Assembly: GCA_016716605.1 (NCBI GenBank)
Contig: JADJWA010000001.1
Span: 2,489,330 to 2,553,329, forward strand
Direction of reading: 5' to 3'
Origin: Flavobacteriales bacterium
GTDB taxonomy: Bacteria > Bacteroidota > Bacteroidia > Flavobacteriales_F > PHOS-HE28
Length of the DNA: 64,000 bases
Positions within the stretch are counted from its first letter, which is position 1. The number at the start of each line of letters is the position of its first letter. The notes beneath the pieces are model-generated. The model did not search any database, was not told the DNA's origin, and saw only the letters and a program-made list of their open reading frames with translations. The position numbers and the translations under genes were made by a program. This document shows, piece after piece, positions 33,209-43,365 of this stretch.

Positions 33209-34327
33209 ATGCGCCCCGCGATCCTTGCCCTCGCCCTCCTGCTCTGCGGCTGTGCCGCGAAGCGCGCGCTGCAGCAGGCGCAAGTGCTGGAGCAGTCCGC
33301 GCAATTGGAATCGGCGGCCTCCGCTTACCTCGAGGCCTGGGACCGCAAGCCCAATAGCCTGCAGGCCCGCGAAGGCTATGCGCGCACCGCGCAACGCCTG
33401 CTCGACGATCGCATGAGCGCTGCCATCATGAGCTACCGCATGGCTGGCCTGGCCGAAGGCGACCGCGACCGCCAGACCGCCGTGGACTTCCGTCAGCGCA
33501 TCGCCCTCAAGGGGATTGAACTGCGCTGGAACCAAGAGGTGGACGATGCCCGCAACGAAGCCAAGAACCGCGAGGCCGAAGCGCGCTACCAAGAAGCCGA
33601 AGCCGAGCTGCGCGCGGACCGATTCCCAGAGGCCATCGCCCTGGCGCGCCAATGCCTGCAGCTGAATCCCGCGCACAAGCAGGCGCCTTTCCTGATCCGC
33701 ATGGCCGAAGCCGAACCCTTGTACCGCGAGGCACTTCGTGCCGAGGAACTCGGCCTCTGGCGCCAGGCCCATGAGCGCTACACCGCCGTATCCGCCATCG
33801 ATGCCGCCCACCGCGATGTAATGGCCCGCATGGAGGCCTGTCGGCAGAAAGCACGCTTCACGCTGGCCTACCTGCCGGTGCAGCAATCGCGAGCCAAGCG
33901 CACCATCATGGGCTTCGAAATCGGCAGCGGACCGGTTGACACGGAGCTGGCCGGCCTCGTGCAGCGCGAACTGCTCGCGCTGAAGGACCCCTTCCTGCAA
34001 CTGATCGATCGCGGCAGCACCGATGTGGTCCTGGCCGAGCAGCGCCGCCAGATGAGCGGCAACTACAACGAGCAGATGGCGCAGGCCGGCAAGCTCCTCG
34101 GCGCGCGCTACCTGCTCACGGGCCGCGTGACCAAGTACGACGACCTGCTCAAGCGCGACCTCGAGGTGCAGGTTCAGCTCATCGACGCGCAGACCGGGCG
34201 CATCCACCTCAGCGAGCAGGTGCGCGCCGCCAAGGCCGATCTGGCGCGTGAGGGCGCTGCCCGCCTCACCGACCTCGCCGCGCGGCGCATTGCCGAGCGC
34301 TTGCGGGGCTTCGCACCTGAGATGTAG
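33209..34327 (+). CDS. Lipoprotein with helical (TPR-like) N-terminal half and CsgG/LpoB-like C-terminal domain
   Basis: Lipobox LALLLCGC. The C-terminal [22 protein letters not shown]...[18 protein letters not shown]...[13 protein letters not shown] resembles the CsgG/LpoB-type fold. The family call is tentative. Confidence 0.6.
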   Translation: MRPAILALALLLCGCAAKRALQQAQVLEQSAQLESAASAYLEAWDRKPNSLQAREGYARTAQRLLDDRMSAAIMSYRMAGLAEGDRDRQTAVDFRQRIALKGIELRWNQEVDDARNEAKNREAEARYQEAEAELRADRFPEAIALARQCLQLNPAHKQAPFLIRMAEAEPLYREALRAEELGLWRQAHERYTAVSAIDAAHRDVMARMEACRQKARFTLAYLPVQQSRAKRTIMGFEIGSGPVDTELAGLVQRELLALKDPFLQLIDRGSTDVVLAEQRRQMSGNYNEQMAQAGKLLGARYLLTGRVTKYDDLLKRDLEVQVQLIDAQTGRIHLSEQVRAAKADLAREGAARLTDLAARRIAERLRGFAPEM

Positions 34328-34356
34328 CAGCAGCGGTCCCGTTACTTTCGCGGGCC

Positions 34357-35628
34357 ATGCCCCAACTCACCCGCACCTTCTCCAAGTCGCAGCGCGCCAT
34401 TGACCTCGAGGAGCGCTACGGCGCCCACAACTACCATCCGCTGCCCGTGGTGCTCGACAGCGGCAAGGGCGTCTTCGTGTGGGATGTGGACGGCAAGCGC
34501 TACTACGACTTCCTCAGCGCGTACAGTGCCGTGAACCAGGGCCATTGCCACCCGCGCCTGGTGAAGGTGATGCAGGAGCAGGCCGAGCGCATGACGCTCA
34601 CCAGCCGCGCCTTCTACAACAGCGTGCTCGGCGAATACGAGAAGACCGTTTGCGAGCTCTTCGGCTACGACAAGATGCTGCCCATGAACACCGGCGCCGA
34701 GGCGGTGGAGACCGCGATCAAGATGGCGCGCAAGTGGGGCTACGAGAAGAAGGGCATCCCGGCCGGACAGGCCAAGGTGCTGGTGTGCGAGGGCAACTTC
34801 CATGGGCGCACCATCACCATCGTGAGCATGAGCACCGATCCCGACAGCCAAGGCGGCTTCGGACCGTTCACCCCCGGCTTCGAGGTGATCCCCTATGACG
34901 ATATCCCGTCTCTTGAACGAGCGCTGGAAGACCCCAACGTGTGCGCCTTCCTCGTGGAGCCGATCCAGGGCGAGAAGGGCGTGTACGTGCCGGCCGACGA
35001 TTACATCCCGAAGGCCATCGCTGCGTGCAAGGCCCGCAAGGTGCTCTTCATCGCCGACGAGATCCAGACCGGCATCGCGCGCACCGGGCGTTTGCTCTGC
35101 AGCGTGCCCGATGAAGAGAAGGATCCTACCCGCCGCCCCGATGCGGTGATCCTGGCCAAGGCCCTCAGCGGCGGCATGTACCCGGTGAGCGCCGTGCTCG
35201 CGAGCGACGAGGTCATGGGCGTGTTCACGCCCGGCACGCACGGCAGCACCTACGGCGGCAATCCCATGGGCGCGCGCATCGCCATGGAAGCGCTCGCCAT
35301 CGTGAAGGACGAAGGCCTCACGCCCAATGCGGAGCGCCTCGGCAAGCTCTTCCGCGCGGAGATGCAAAAGCTGGTGGATGCCTATCCCTTCGTGAAGGGG
35401 GTGCGCGGCAAGGGCCTGCTGAACGCGCTCGTGATCGAATCGCGCACCGCGCCCGATGGCTCACCGAAGACCGCTTGGGAGCTCTGCCTCTTGCTGCGCG
35501 ACAATGGCCTGCTGGCCAAGCCCACCCACGGCGACATCATCCGTTTCGCGCCGCCGCTGGTGATCACCGAAGAGCAAGTGCTGGAGGCCTGCGCGATCAT
35601 TGCGCTCAGCGTACGACAGTTCGCGTGA
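34357..35628 (+). CDS. rocD: Ornithine--oxo-acid aminotransferase
   Basis: [75 protein letters not shown]. Confidence 0.9.
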   Translation: MPQLTRTFSKSQRAIDLEERYGAHNYHPLPVVLDSGKGVFVWDVDGKRYYDFLSAYSAVNQGHCHPRLVKVMQEQAERMTLTSRAFYNSVLGEYEKTVCELFGYDKMLPMNTGAEAVETAIKMARKWGYEKKGIPAGQAKVLVCEGNFHGRTITIVSMSTDPDSQGGFGPFTPGFEVIPYDDIPSLERALEDPNVCAFLVEPIQGEKGVYVPADDYIPKAIAACKARKVLFIADEIQTGIARTGRLLCSVPDEEKDPTRRPDAVILAKALSGGMYPVSAVLASDEVMGVFTPGTHGSTYGGNPMGARIAMEALAIVKDEGLTPNAERLGKLFRAEMQKLVDAYPFVKGVRGKGLLNALVIESRTAPDGSPKTAWELCLLLRDNGLLAKPTHGDIIRFAPPLVITEEQVLEACAIIALSVRQFA

Positions 35629-35827
35629 GGAAATCCGAAGGCAAATGAGCTGCGCCGCGTGCTGCCTATAAGCGGTGGTCATTCGCTGTTGGACGCTGTT
35701 GCGCGGCTCAATGCGCAATGATCCTGAGAAGGTCCACCCGGCAGGCCTAGGTATGCGCCGTGTCCGATCAGGAAGCCTGCCGCCCCATGGCCTGTGCCAT
35801 CATCGCGCCCGGCAACAGGCCTTTCGC

Positions 35828-37117
35828 TTAATGCGCGATGATGAGCCGGGCTACGAACGGATACCCGAACTGATTGACGAATCGCAGCGCGTAGCTGCCG
35901 GAAGCAAGCGCGGTCACATCCGCGCTTCCATTCACGAAGGTGATGGCATGCCTGCGGCCATCCGCGCCAATCACTTCAGCAATGCCGGTTGCTGCTGGGA
36001 GCTTGATCCGGTCCGATGCCGGATTCGGGGAAAGCAGCACGTCGCCTGTGCGGATCGATTCGGCCGTGGCGGTGCTGGTGCAGATCACGTTGTTGAGCTG
36101 CTCCCAGATCTGGTTGTTGTACACGTTGGGAACGAAGATCCCGCCGGGCAGGTCGCCCATGCGCACCACCACGAGGCCGGTGGAGGGCGATACGTTGCAG
36201 AGCTGGCCGTTCTTGCCCATGGCGCAATAGGCATCAGCGGGCATGGCGGGGCAGAGCATGCCGGGCAGCTGCACCTGGAAGCCGGGCAGCATGTAGCTGC
36301 TCTGGCCATTGAGCCACCACAGGTAGCCATAGGACTGGTTCAACGACTGCGAAGGCGTGACCATGGCATTGAAGTAGTCGGCGTCAACCATCACGGCGTT
36401 TCCGTTCCAGTTGCCCTGGTCCAAGCACAACAGGCCGAAGCGTGCCAATGCCCGCGCCTTGCTGAAGAACACGTTATTGTAATCGAGCTGGACGAACGCG
36501 CCCTGCAATCCCGTGGGAAGGGTGAGCTTGTTGAAGAGGTAGCTGTTAAGGGTTTGACCGGTGCTGCCCTCGATCACGCCATCGAGCAGGGTGTAAGGTG
36601 CGTTGTGGTACGCCCAGCGCGTTCCGGGCTCCACCAGGCATTCGAGGCAGGCGGGGTCGGTGCAGTCGTTGTCCGAGCCAGCATCATCGAGCCCGGAGGT
36701 CATGGTGAGCTGATGCCGGATGGTGATCTGCTCTTCCTGCTGCGCAGTGCAATTGGTCCAGCCCGCACCGAGGAATTCGCTGCTGGGCTGATCGATATCG
36801 AGGAAGCCCTCTTCCTGGGCCTTGCCCACCAGGAAGGCCGTGAGGCTCTTGCCGGCGCTGGCCCAGTACCAGAGGCTGTCTTGCGTGAAGGTGCCGAAGT
36901 AGTGCTCGATGGCGATACGGCCATCCTTGAGTACGATGAAGGCTTTCGTATTGCTCTGCTCCAGGAAATCGAGGAGCGCGGGTACCTCGTCCGTGCACCA
37001 GCCGAGCGCAGCGGGATCAACGGTTTCCCACGTGCTGCCCGCAAGCGGCGGGTAATAGGTCTGCGCGTTGATGGCGCTTGCGACGGCGGCGCCGGCGAGT
37101 AGGCAGGTGATTCTCAT
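35828..37117 (-). CDS. Secreted serine hydrolase (beta-lactamase/transpeptidase-like fold) with T9SS C-terminal sorting domain
   Basis: Signal peptide MRITCLLAGAAVASAINAQ and the S-x-x-K candidate WASAGKSLTAFLV. The C-terminal LLSPNPASDRIKL...IGADGRRH...LASGSYALRF matches the Por-secretion-tail pattern. Confidence 0.8.
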   Translation of the reverse strand: MRITCLLAGAAVASAINAQTYYPPLAGSTWETVDPAALGWCTDEVPALLDFLEQSNTKAFIVLKDGRIAIEHYFGTFTQDSLWYWASAGKSLTAFLVGKAQEEGFLDIDQPSSEFLGAGWTNCTAQQEEQITIRHQLTMTSGLDDAGSDNDCTDPACLECLVEPGTRWAYHNAPYTLLDGVIEGSTGQTLNSYLFNKLTLPTGLQGAFVQLDYNNVFFSKARALARFGLLCLDQGNWNGNAVMVDADYFNAMVTPSQSLNQSYGYLWWLNGQSSYMLPGFQVQLPGMLCPAMPADAYCAMGKNGQLCNVSPSTGLVVVRMGDLPGGIFVPNVYNNQIWEQLNNVICTSTATAESIRTGDVLLSPNPASDRIKLPAATGIAEVIGADGRRHAITFVNGSADVTALASGSYALRFVNQFGYPFVARLIIAH

Positions 37118-37224
37118 GGGGCGGTGGTTCAGGGGCATCGACACGGACCGGGCCTCAAGGTTCAATCGCGTCAGCGCAGCTCGCCGCGTGCACCTCCTTC
37201 GCCGCATTCCCCGGCTTCGTGGCG

Positions 37225-37614
37225 CTATTGCGGCTTGCTCCGGTCCACCTCCTTCACCAAGCGCCCTTTGTCGTAATGCAGTTCGCGGTACACCTGGCCA
37301 TCGGGGCTGTAGTCGTAGTGGATGCCATGCTCTACGCCATTCTCCCAATGCTCCACGTACTTCTTGGTGCCGCTCTCATAGTAGTAGGTCCACAAGCCAT
37401 GCTCCACGCCGTTCTGGAACTGCCCGATGTACTCCAGCTTGCCGTTCGGGTAGTACACCTTCTCCATCACCTTCACCGCTTCCTCGCCCTTGCCCTTCAT
37501 GTACACGATCACTTCGGGCTTGCCATTGGGATGACTGGCCGCCACGTATTTGTGGGTGCTGCACGCGGCTAGCAGCGCTGGCAGGAGGATGAATGCAATC
37601 AGGGAGCGCATCAT
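37225..37614 (-). CDS. MORN-variant repeat (YwqK-like) lipoprotein
   Basis: Lipobox LLAACS, with repeats YYPNGKLEYIGQFQNGVEHGLWTYYYESGTKKYVEHWENGVEHGIHYDYSPDGQ. Confidence 0.75.
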   Translation of the reverse strand: MMRSLIAFILLPALLAACSTHKYVAASHPNGKPEVIVYMKGKGEEAVKVMEKVYYPNGKLEYIGQFQNGVEHGLWTYYYESGTKKYVEHWENGVEHGIHYDYSPDGQVYRELHYDKGRLVKEVDRSKPQ

Positions 37615-37655
37615 GGCCCGCTAAAGTAGAGGAATGGCCACTGGCGGCAAGCGCA

Positions 37656-38780
37656 TCAAGGAACCACGAAGCGCCGGGCTTCGCGTGTGGCCATGCGGAA
37701 CGCGATGCAGTGGCCGCTGCTCCAGCCCGTCGGCACGATAGGGCCATTGCCAGGTGTTTCCAGCAGCCTGCGGCCGAGGGCATCCAGAATGACCAATCGC
37801 TCGCCGGCTCCGAGCCCGAAGGGATGCAGGCGGCCATCAGGCATGAGGGCCAAGCCCCACGATGGTTCGGCTTGCCGCTCAGGCACGCTTACCGCGTTCA
37901 CCATCCAGCCGATGTCGCGCATTACCCCGATGGCGATGGGTCCTGGCCAGTGGTTGGCATTGCCGGCACTGCTGAATGGGGTCATCAGCTCATTCGGATT
38001 CCCGACCGGGTAGGTGCTCTCATTGAGGTGCACGCAGCTGCTGCCGAGGGCGAAGGAGGAAGGGGAGTAAATGCGCACATCGGCGCCGCCGCTCGCGTCG
38101 AGGGCATGGGCGCCGTTCCAGCGCAATTGGTTGCTGGTGAAGTAGGAGCCGAGCGCCACCGAAGGATTCGGCGCATCAACGAGCAACTCGAGCGTGGGGG
38201 CTTGCAGGTAGCGGTCGAAGATGCCAGGCAGCCCTTCTTGCTCCGGCCATGGAAAGGTGGTGATCAGGGGCGCGAAATCGGCGAGCAGCACTTGGCCGAA
38301 GGAACCCTCGCTGCCCACCTTCTTCGCGAGGCCGACGAAGCCGAGGCCATGCCCGAGCTCGTGCATGGCCACGGTCACCAGGTCGTGCTGGCCGGCTGGC
38401 GTGTTGCCATCGAGGCCCAAGTACCAATTGGTGCCGCTGTTGAGATAGACGTTGATGTCATCCTCGCCGGGATTGAGCTCCACGCCCGCGATGCTATTGG
38501 CCAGCGCGGTGGCATACCAGGTTGAATCGGCCGGCGCTCCCAGGAAATCCTTGCGCCCATTCGGGAAGGTGACGCCCAGGGCCGAAGCCCCGAGCGGGAA
38601 CCAGCTCACGGCCACCTTGATGGGTACATCGCTCACCAGGATGCTGCCCCAGATCTCCGCCGCGCGCTCGATGGCGGGCTGCGCATTGGCCGGCGTGCCG
38701 AAATGGGTGATGGTGAAGGTGGCGGCGGGGGAGGAGGTCCCTAGAGATAGCGCCGCGATGCAGAGAAGTACCGAACGCAT
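37656..38780 (-). CDS. Secreted zinc metalloprotease (HExxH, metzincin-like) with probable T9SS C-terminal domain
   Basis: Signal peptide MRSVLLCIAALSLG, zinc site VAMHELGHGLGF, and a C-terminal tail LVILDALGRRLLE...SSGHCIAFRM. The start is set at the signal-peptide Met. Confidence 0.7.
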   Translation of the reverse strand: MRSVLLCIAALSLGTSSPAATFTITHFGTPANAQPAIERAAEIWGSILVSDVPIKVAVSWFPLGASALGVTFPNGRKDFLGAPADSTWYATALANSIAGVELNPGEDDINVYLNSGTNWYLGLDGNTPAGQHDLVTVAMHELGHGLGFVGLAKKVGSEGSFGQVLLADFAPLITTFPWPEQEGLPGIFDRYLQAPTLELLVDAPNPSVALGSYFTSNQLRWNGAHALDASGGADVRIYSPSSFALGSSCVHLNESTYPVGNPNELMTPFSSAGNANHWPGPIAIGVMRDIGWMVNAVSVPERQAEPSWGLALMPDGRLHPFGLGAGERLVILDALGRRLLETPGNGPIVPTGWSSGHCIAFRMATREARRFVVP

Positions 38781-38806
38781 GGTTCCGAAAGTACGTGCGT
38801 TTTGCT

Positions 38807-40609
38807 CTATGGCTTGATGTGAGGGATCCTCCGCTTCTGCAGGCTGATTTCCCGCTTCAGCGCGCGCTTGCCGACTGCCCGGCTCATGACGTACCAATTG
38901 CGGTCGGCTTGCTCTATTCCTTCCAACCGGTCGCAGGGAAGGCTTCGCCATGTGGAGAGCGGCGTCAGTAGCTCACCGTCTGAGCATGATAGGCGTACCG
39001 GCAGACTGAACCCTGGAACGCAGTTGGACCATCGCGCATAAGCGCGGTTCTTGTACCGCCCCCACTCCAGCACCGGCACCTTGTTCGTGCGCAGGTATTG
39101 ATCGAAGATGCCCTTATTCAGCAGCGACTTCGTCCGCTCGTTGAAGTCGATCATGAATTCCTCGATCTGCGCGCTGGTGACGATCGAGTGCTTGAATCGC
39201 CGGTTGATCTCCAGCAGCATGGCCTTGAAGGTGCTGTCGCCAACGATGTGGCGGATCATATGGATCAGGTTGGCGCCCTTGTAGTACATGTCGCCGCTGC
39301 CTTCCTCGTTCACGCCATAGGGGCCGATGATGGGCTTGTCGTTGCGGATGTTCCTGCGCAGGCCGATCACGTATTCCTCGGCGGCCTGCTTGCCCTGCTG
39401 GCACTCGGTGAAGATGGTCTCGCTGTAATCGGTGAAGCCCTCATGCACCCACATGTCGGCGATGTCGGCCGTGGTGATGCTGTTGCCGAACCACTCGTGC
39501 CCGCTCTCATGGATGATGATGTAGTCCCAGTTCAGCCCATGGCCCGTGCCGCTCAGGTCGCTGCCGCGGTATCCGTTCATGAATCCGTTGCCGTAGGCGA
39601 TGGCGCTCTGGTGCTCCATGCCGAGGTGCGGCGATTCCACCAGCTTGTAGCCATCGGCATAGAACGGATAGGGGCCGAACCACTCCTCGAAGCATCCCAG
39701 CATTTCCGGCACTTGCTTGAATTGGGTCGCGGCCTTCCGCAGCCATTGCTCATCCTCTTCGCGGTTCCCTCGGAATTCACCTTGGCCCCATGGAGCATGG
39801 TGCTGCAGGATCCAGAAGGCCAGGTCGAGATTTCCCTCCGTGCCTGCGAACGTGTCGGATAGCTGCACGTACTTCCCGATGTAGGGAACCAGGTTGTAGG
39901 TGTTGATCGGATTCCTCACCTGCCAATGCCAGGTGCTCGTGCCATCGCCATTCCTCACGGTGCTGCGCAACCCCCCATTGCCGATAGCCTGCAGACTGTC
40001 GGGCACGATGATGCGCAGATTGGCGCCTTGCTCGGGCTCATCGCTCTGGTGGTCCTTGCAGGGGTACCATACGCTGGCGCCGAGGCCCTGGCAGGCCACG
40101 CTCATCCACGGGTTCCCGCGCGCGTCGGTCTTCCAGATCCAGCCGCCATCCCACGGCGGATTCCTCGCGGCGCGCGGGATCCCGTGGTAGTGGATGGTGA
40201 TGGTGGAGGCCTCGCCTTTCTTCATGGGCTGCGGCAGCTCCACCCAGGCCACGTTCCCGTCGCGATGGAATGGAACGGCCCGGTAGCTCACGCCGATGGT
40301 TCCATCCTTATAGGTAGCCACGTCCGTGAGGATGCTGTCGATGAGGAGCGGCTGCTGCAGGTCGATCTGCAAGCGCTGGCCATCTTTTACCGCATCGAAG
40401 GCGATGATGGTGCGGCCTTCGACGGAGCGAGCCACGAAATCTGGCTTCACTGTGACATCGTAGCCGACCACGTTCCACCACGCTCGATACGGACCGAGGC
40501 TTCCCCTGAGTGTATCGGCCTTGTTGAATGCGTCCCTGCCATCCTGCAGCTGGGCCGTCGCTGCAGCATGTGCTGCGATCAGGAGAACCACAAATGGCAT
40601 GCGCAACAT
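38807..40609 (-). CDS. M1 family metallopeptidase (aminopeptidase N-like)
   Basis: HESGHEWFGNSIT plus the downstream WVHEGFTDY (HExxH-x18-E). Signal peptide MLRMPFVVLLIAAHAAATAQ. Confidence 0.85.
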   Translation of the reverse strand: MLRMPFVVLLIAAHAAATAQLQDGRDAFNKADTLRGSLGPYRAWWNVVGYDVTVKPDFVARSVEGRTIIAFDAVKDGQRLQIDLQQPLLIDSILTDVATYKDGTIGVSYRAVPFHRDGNVAWVELPQPMKKGEASTITIHYHGIPRAARNPPWDGGWIWKTDARGNPWMSVACQGLGASVWYPCKDHQSDEPEQGANLRIIVPDSLQAIGNGGLRSTVRNGDGTSTWHWQVRNPINTYNLVPYIGKYVQLSDTFAGTEGNLDLAFWILQHHAPWGQGEFRGNREEDEQWLRKAATQFKQVPEMLGCFEEWFGPYPFYADGYKLVESPHLGMEHQSAIAYGNGFMNGYRGSDLSGTGHGLNWDYIIIHESGHEWFGNSITTADIADMWVHEGFTDYSETIFTECQQGKQAAEEYVIGLRRNIRNDKPIIGPYGVNEEGSGDMYYKGANLIHMIRHIVGDSTFKAMLLEINRRFKHSIVTSAQIEEFMIDFNERTKSLLNKGIFDQYLRTNKVPVLEWGRYKNRAYARWSNCVPGFSLPVRLSCSDGELLTPLSTWRSLPCDRLEGIEQADRNWYVMSRAVGKRALKREISLQKRRIPHIKP

Positions 40610-40701
40610 GCGGGCAAGGTAAATGCCTCGTGAGTGCATGAGTTCCGTCTGGTGCGCAGCGTTCACCGTCGGATATCTTTCGCCGCGCCAAACACGGAGC
40701 C

Positions 40702-41349
40702 ATGAGCGAGAAACGGCATTTGCATCATCGCGTGGAGTATGGAAAGGCCGAGCTCTTGGAGGAGCATGCCGGCCAGGATCCCATCGCGCTCTTCGGCCAC
40801 TGGCTCGAAGATGCGATCGGTGATGGGCTGCCCGAGCCCCACGCCATGGCCATGGCCAGCATGGGCACGCTCACCATCAGTTGCCGCATGGTGCTGCTGC
40901 GGGCCTTCGATCCGCAGGGCTTCGTGTTCTACACCAATCACAACAGCCGCAAGGCCATGGACCTTGAGCGCGACCCGCGCGTGGCGCTCACCTTCTTCTG
41001 GGCCGCTCACGAGCGGCAGGTGCGCATCGAAGGCAGAGCCGAGCATGTGACCGCCGAGGAGAGCGACGCTTACTTCGCATCTCGGCCGCGCGAGAGCCGC
41101 ATCGGCGCATGGAGCAGTGACCAGAGCAGGCCCGTGGCCGACCGTGCATCCCTGGAAGAGCGCTACCAGCGCTGGACCGACCGTTTCAAGGATCAAGAAG
41201 CGGTGCCCAGGCCCCTGCATTGGGGCGGTTATCGCGTGCGCCCCGCCCGCATCGAGTTCTGGCAGGGCCGGCCCAGCCGCTTGCACGACCGCATCGCCTT
41301 CGAGGCCCTCCGTGATGGCCAATGGCTGCGTGTCAGGCTGCAGCCCTGA
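40702..41349 (+). CDS. pdxH: Pyridoxamine 5'-phosphate oxidase
   Basis: MVLLRAFDPQGFVFYTNHNSRKA, RQVRIEG, YFASRPRESRIGAWSSDQS, RIEFWQGRPSRLHDRI. Confidence 0.9.
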   Translation: MSEKRHLHHRVEYGKAELLEEHAGQDPIALFGHWLEDAIGDGLPEPHAMAMASMGTLTISCRMVLLRAFDPQGFVFYTNHNSRKAMDLERDPRVALTFFWAAHERQVRIEGRAEHVTAEESDAYFASRPRESRIGAWSSDQSRPVADRASLEERYQRWTDRFKDQEAVPRPLHWGGYRVRPARIEFWQGRPSRLHDRIAFEALRDGQWLRVRLQP

Positions 41350-41363
41350 AGGCGTTCAATAGC

Positions 41364-41389
41364 GAGCCCCCCGGATCGCCGGGGGGCTC
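41364..41389. terminator. Perfect 11-bp GC-rich hairpin between convergent pdxH and THX genes (possible bidirectional terminator)
   Basis: GAGCCCCCCGG-ATCG-CCGGGGGGCTC. There is no flanking U-tract on either strand, so the terminator function is inferred from position only. Confidence 0.5.
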
Positions 41390-41410
41390 TGCATGATCAG
41401 CATTGCGCGA

Positions 41411-41638
41411 TCAGTCCTTCTTCGGCGCAGCCTTCTTGGCGGCGGCTTTCTTCGGAGCGGCCTTGCTCGCAGCAGGAGCCTTCTTGGCGGCCTTCTTCGG
41501 TGCGGCCTTCTTGGCCGGCTTGGCGCTGCCTGCTGCCTTGCGCGCGGCGCGGCGCTTGTTGCGCAGGCTGGGGCGCGTCTTGCCCGCGCTGCCCATACGG
41601 CGCTTGCCTTTCTTCGTCTTGAGATCACCTTTTCCCAT
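41411..41638 (-). CDS. 30S ribosomal protein THX with a Lys/Ala/Pro-rich histone-H1-like C-terminal extension
   Basis: The N-terminus MGKGDLKTKKGKRRMGSAGKTRP follows the THX pattern GKGDxxTxxGKxxxGxxGKxRP. The tail reads AARKAAGSAKPAKKAAPKKAAKKAPAASKAAPKKAAAKKAAPKKD. Confidence 0.7.
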   Translation of the reverse strand: MGKGDLKTKKGKRRMGSAGKTRPSLRNKRRAARKAAGSAKPAKKAAPKKAAKKAPAASKAAPKKAAAKKAAPKKD

Positions 41639-41738
41639 TGTGCTTCGAGGTTGTTGGTTGCGCGGCGAAAGTATCGTGCGGCTGAGATTGGCCCGTGGTG
41701 AGCCGCTGCCCTTGTGAACCCGCGCATGTCGAAAAGGA

Positions 41739-42416
41739 TCAGGCGCCTGGCTCCTGCCTGAAGCGCTCTTCGAGGTGCGCCGCGCTGTGCACCACTTTGC
41801 GCGCCCACCGCAGCTTCAGCGCATCAAGCTCCGCTTCGTCGAGCCGCCATGGGACACTCGACGCGCGCAGCCGTTCCATCACCGTGTACAAAGTGATGGC
41901 GGCCGATACGCTGATGTTGTAGCTCTCGGTGAAGCCATGCATCGGGATCCGCAGCGTAAGGTCCGATTGCCCGATGAGCGCTTCGCTGGCGCCCGTGAGC
42001 TCCGTCCCGAAGCAGAAGGCGAGCGGCCGTTCAAGCGGGATGGTGGCGGGCGTGCATTCAGTGGCGCGCGGTGATGTGGTGACTATCGCATAGCCCTTCG
42101 CCTTCAGGTGGGCGATGCAGCGCGCCGTGTTGTCGGGCTGCTCCCGCCAGCGATGCATGTCCACCCACTTCGATGAGCCCAGCGTCACGTCGGGGTTCAC
42201 CGTGTACTTGTTGCGGTTCTCGATGATGTGCAGGTCCTGGATGCCGAGCAGGTCGCAGGTGCGCACCACCGCGCTCGCGTTGTGCGCCTGATAGATGTCC
42301 TCAAGGACGCAGGTGATGTGGCGCGTGCGCTCCGCTGAGATGCGTTCGAAGAGCGCGCGCTTGTTGGGCGTGATGAACGCGCATAGGCGCTCGTACAGGT
42401 CGCGGTCGGAGATCAT
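41739..42416 (-). CDS. SpoU/TrmH family RNA 2'-O-methyltransferase
   Basis: VLEDIYQAHNASAVVRTCDLLGIQ, FGTELTGAS, IPMHGFTESYNISVSAAITLY. Confidence 0.85.
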   Translation of the reverse strand: MISDRDLYERLCAFITPNKRALFERISAERTRHITCVLEDIYQAHNASAVVRTCDLLGIQDLHIIENRNKYTVNPDVTLGSSKWVDMHRWREQPDNTARCIAHLKAKGYAIVTTSPRATECTPATIPLERPLAFCFGTELTGASEALIGQSDLTLRIPMHGFTESYNISVSAAITLYTVMERLRASSVPWRLDEAELDALKLRWARKVVHSAAHLEERFRQEPGA

Positions 42417-42427
42417 GGAAGCGCCGC

Positions 42428-42460
42428 AAAAGAAAAGCCCCCCGCGATGCGAGGGGCTTT
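42428..42460 (-). terminator. Intrinsic terminator of the HU gene
   Basis: The minus-strand RNA is AAAGCCCC-UCGCAUCGCGG-GGGGCUUU followed by UCUUUUG. It starts 19 nt after the HU stop codon. Confidence 0.6.
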
Positions 42461-42478
42461 CCCGGTAGCGGAAGGGGA

Positions 42479-42754
42479 TTACTTCACGCGGTTGGCGAGG
42501 TCGGCGCCGGCCTTGAACTTCACCACCTTCTTGGCAGCGATCTTGATCTCCTTGCCGGTCTGAGGGTTGCGGCCCTTGCGAGCGGCGCGCTTGGTGATGC
42601 TGAAGGTGCCGAAGCCCACGAGGGTCACGCGCTCGCCCTTCTTCAGGGACTTGGTGGTGTTGCCCACGAAGGCGTCGAGTGCGCGCTTCGCATCGGCCTT
42701 GGAAATCTTCGCGTCGTTGGCGATGCTCTCGATCAGTTCTGCTTTGTTACCCAT
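42479..42754 (-). CDS. hup: HU family DNA-binding protein
   Basis: [29 protein letters not shown]...[41 protein letters not shown]. Confidence 0.92.
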   Translation of the reverse strand: MGNKAELIESIANDAKISKADAKRALDAFVGNTTKSLKKGERVTLVGFGTFSITKRAARKGRNPQTGKEIKIAAKKVVKFKAGADLANRVK

Positions 42755-42797
42755 GGTCGTGTTGTGTTGGTGAGTTGTTGGTTTGTGAACTCGCGTA

Positions 42798-42805
42798 CAA
42801 AGCTA
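42798..42805 (-). promoter_or_regulatory. Bacteroidota-type -7 box (TAGCTTTG) upstream of the HU gene
   Basis: The minus strand reads TTGACA-N16-TAGCTTTG. The box ends about 43 nt upstream of ATG 42754. Confidence 0.45.
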
Positions 42806-42963
42806 TCCGGGAACCCGCGCCTGTCAACGGTTTCCGAGCGGATAGCCGGAGAATGTTGAAAAATCAGGGGGTTTGTTCATAAGTCGCCCTGTATCCCGCT
42901 GCCAGCAAGGGTTTCAGGAATCGCACTCTGTTGATCTCCGGTGGCTTCGCCGAAAGCGTTGAT

Positions 42964-43365
42964 TCAACGTTCCACGGGCACCCGGTCGCTCCCGTCGAAG
43001 TGCGGCGACTGCACGCTCACCACCTTCAATGGAACGTCTGATCGCGTGGAAACCGCATGCACCGTGCCTTTCGGGATGGCCACGGCATCGCCCGCCCGCA
43101 CCGTGAATACCGAGTCGCCGAGCAGCATCTCCGCTTCGCCCTCGAGCACCACTACGTGCTCCGTATGCCGTGCATGGTAGTGCGCCTTCACCTCCAACGG
43201 CACGCAGATCAGGAACGAGGAGCAGAGGCTGTCGCTATGCAGCGGCACAACGCTGTTCGCCGGGCCGTTGCCGCACGGTGCCAAGGCCATGTGGAAGCGC
43301 TGGGCCGCCGCCGCCATGCTTGCAGACGCGGCTGCGATGATCATCGTGATGCGAAAAGCGGTCAT
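42964..43365 (-). CDS. Secreted cupin domain protein
   Basis: Signal peptide MIIAAASASMAAAAQ. Cupin motifs HYHARHTEHVVVLEGEAEM and AGDAVAIPKGTVHAV. Confidence 0.7.
   Translation of the reverse strand: MTAFRITMIIAAASASMAAAAQRFHMALAPCGNGPANSVVPLHSDSLCSSFLICVPLEVKAHYHARHTEHVVVLEGEAEMLLGDSVFTVRAGDAVAIPKGTVHAVSTRSDVPLKVVSVQSPHFDGSDRVPVER

Noticed and set aside
32627-34207. A 526-aa minus-strand ORF.
   Set aside because: It runs antisense across mscL, a terminator hairpin and the lipoprotein gene. It has no motif and shadow-ORF composition.
35675-37102. A 475-aa plus-strand ORF.
   Set aside because: It is antisense to the T9SS serine hydrolase, which has a signal peptide, an S-x-x-K context and a C-terminal sorting domain.
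37225-37614. A YwqK-like 'antitoxin' as part of a toxin-antitoxin or polymorphic-toxin system.
   Set aside because: It is a lipoprotein made of MORN-variant repeats. It has no adjacent toxin-like gene (no LXG/deaminase/nuclease ORF). The 'antitoxin' label is only a family nickname.
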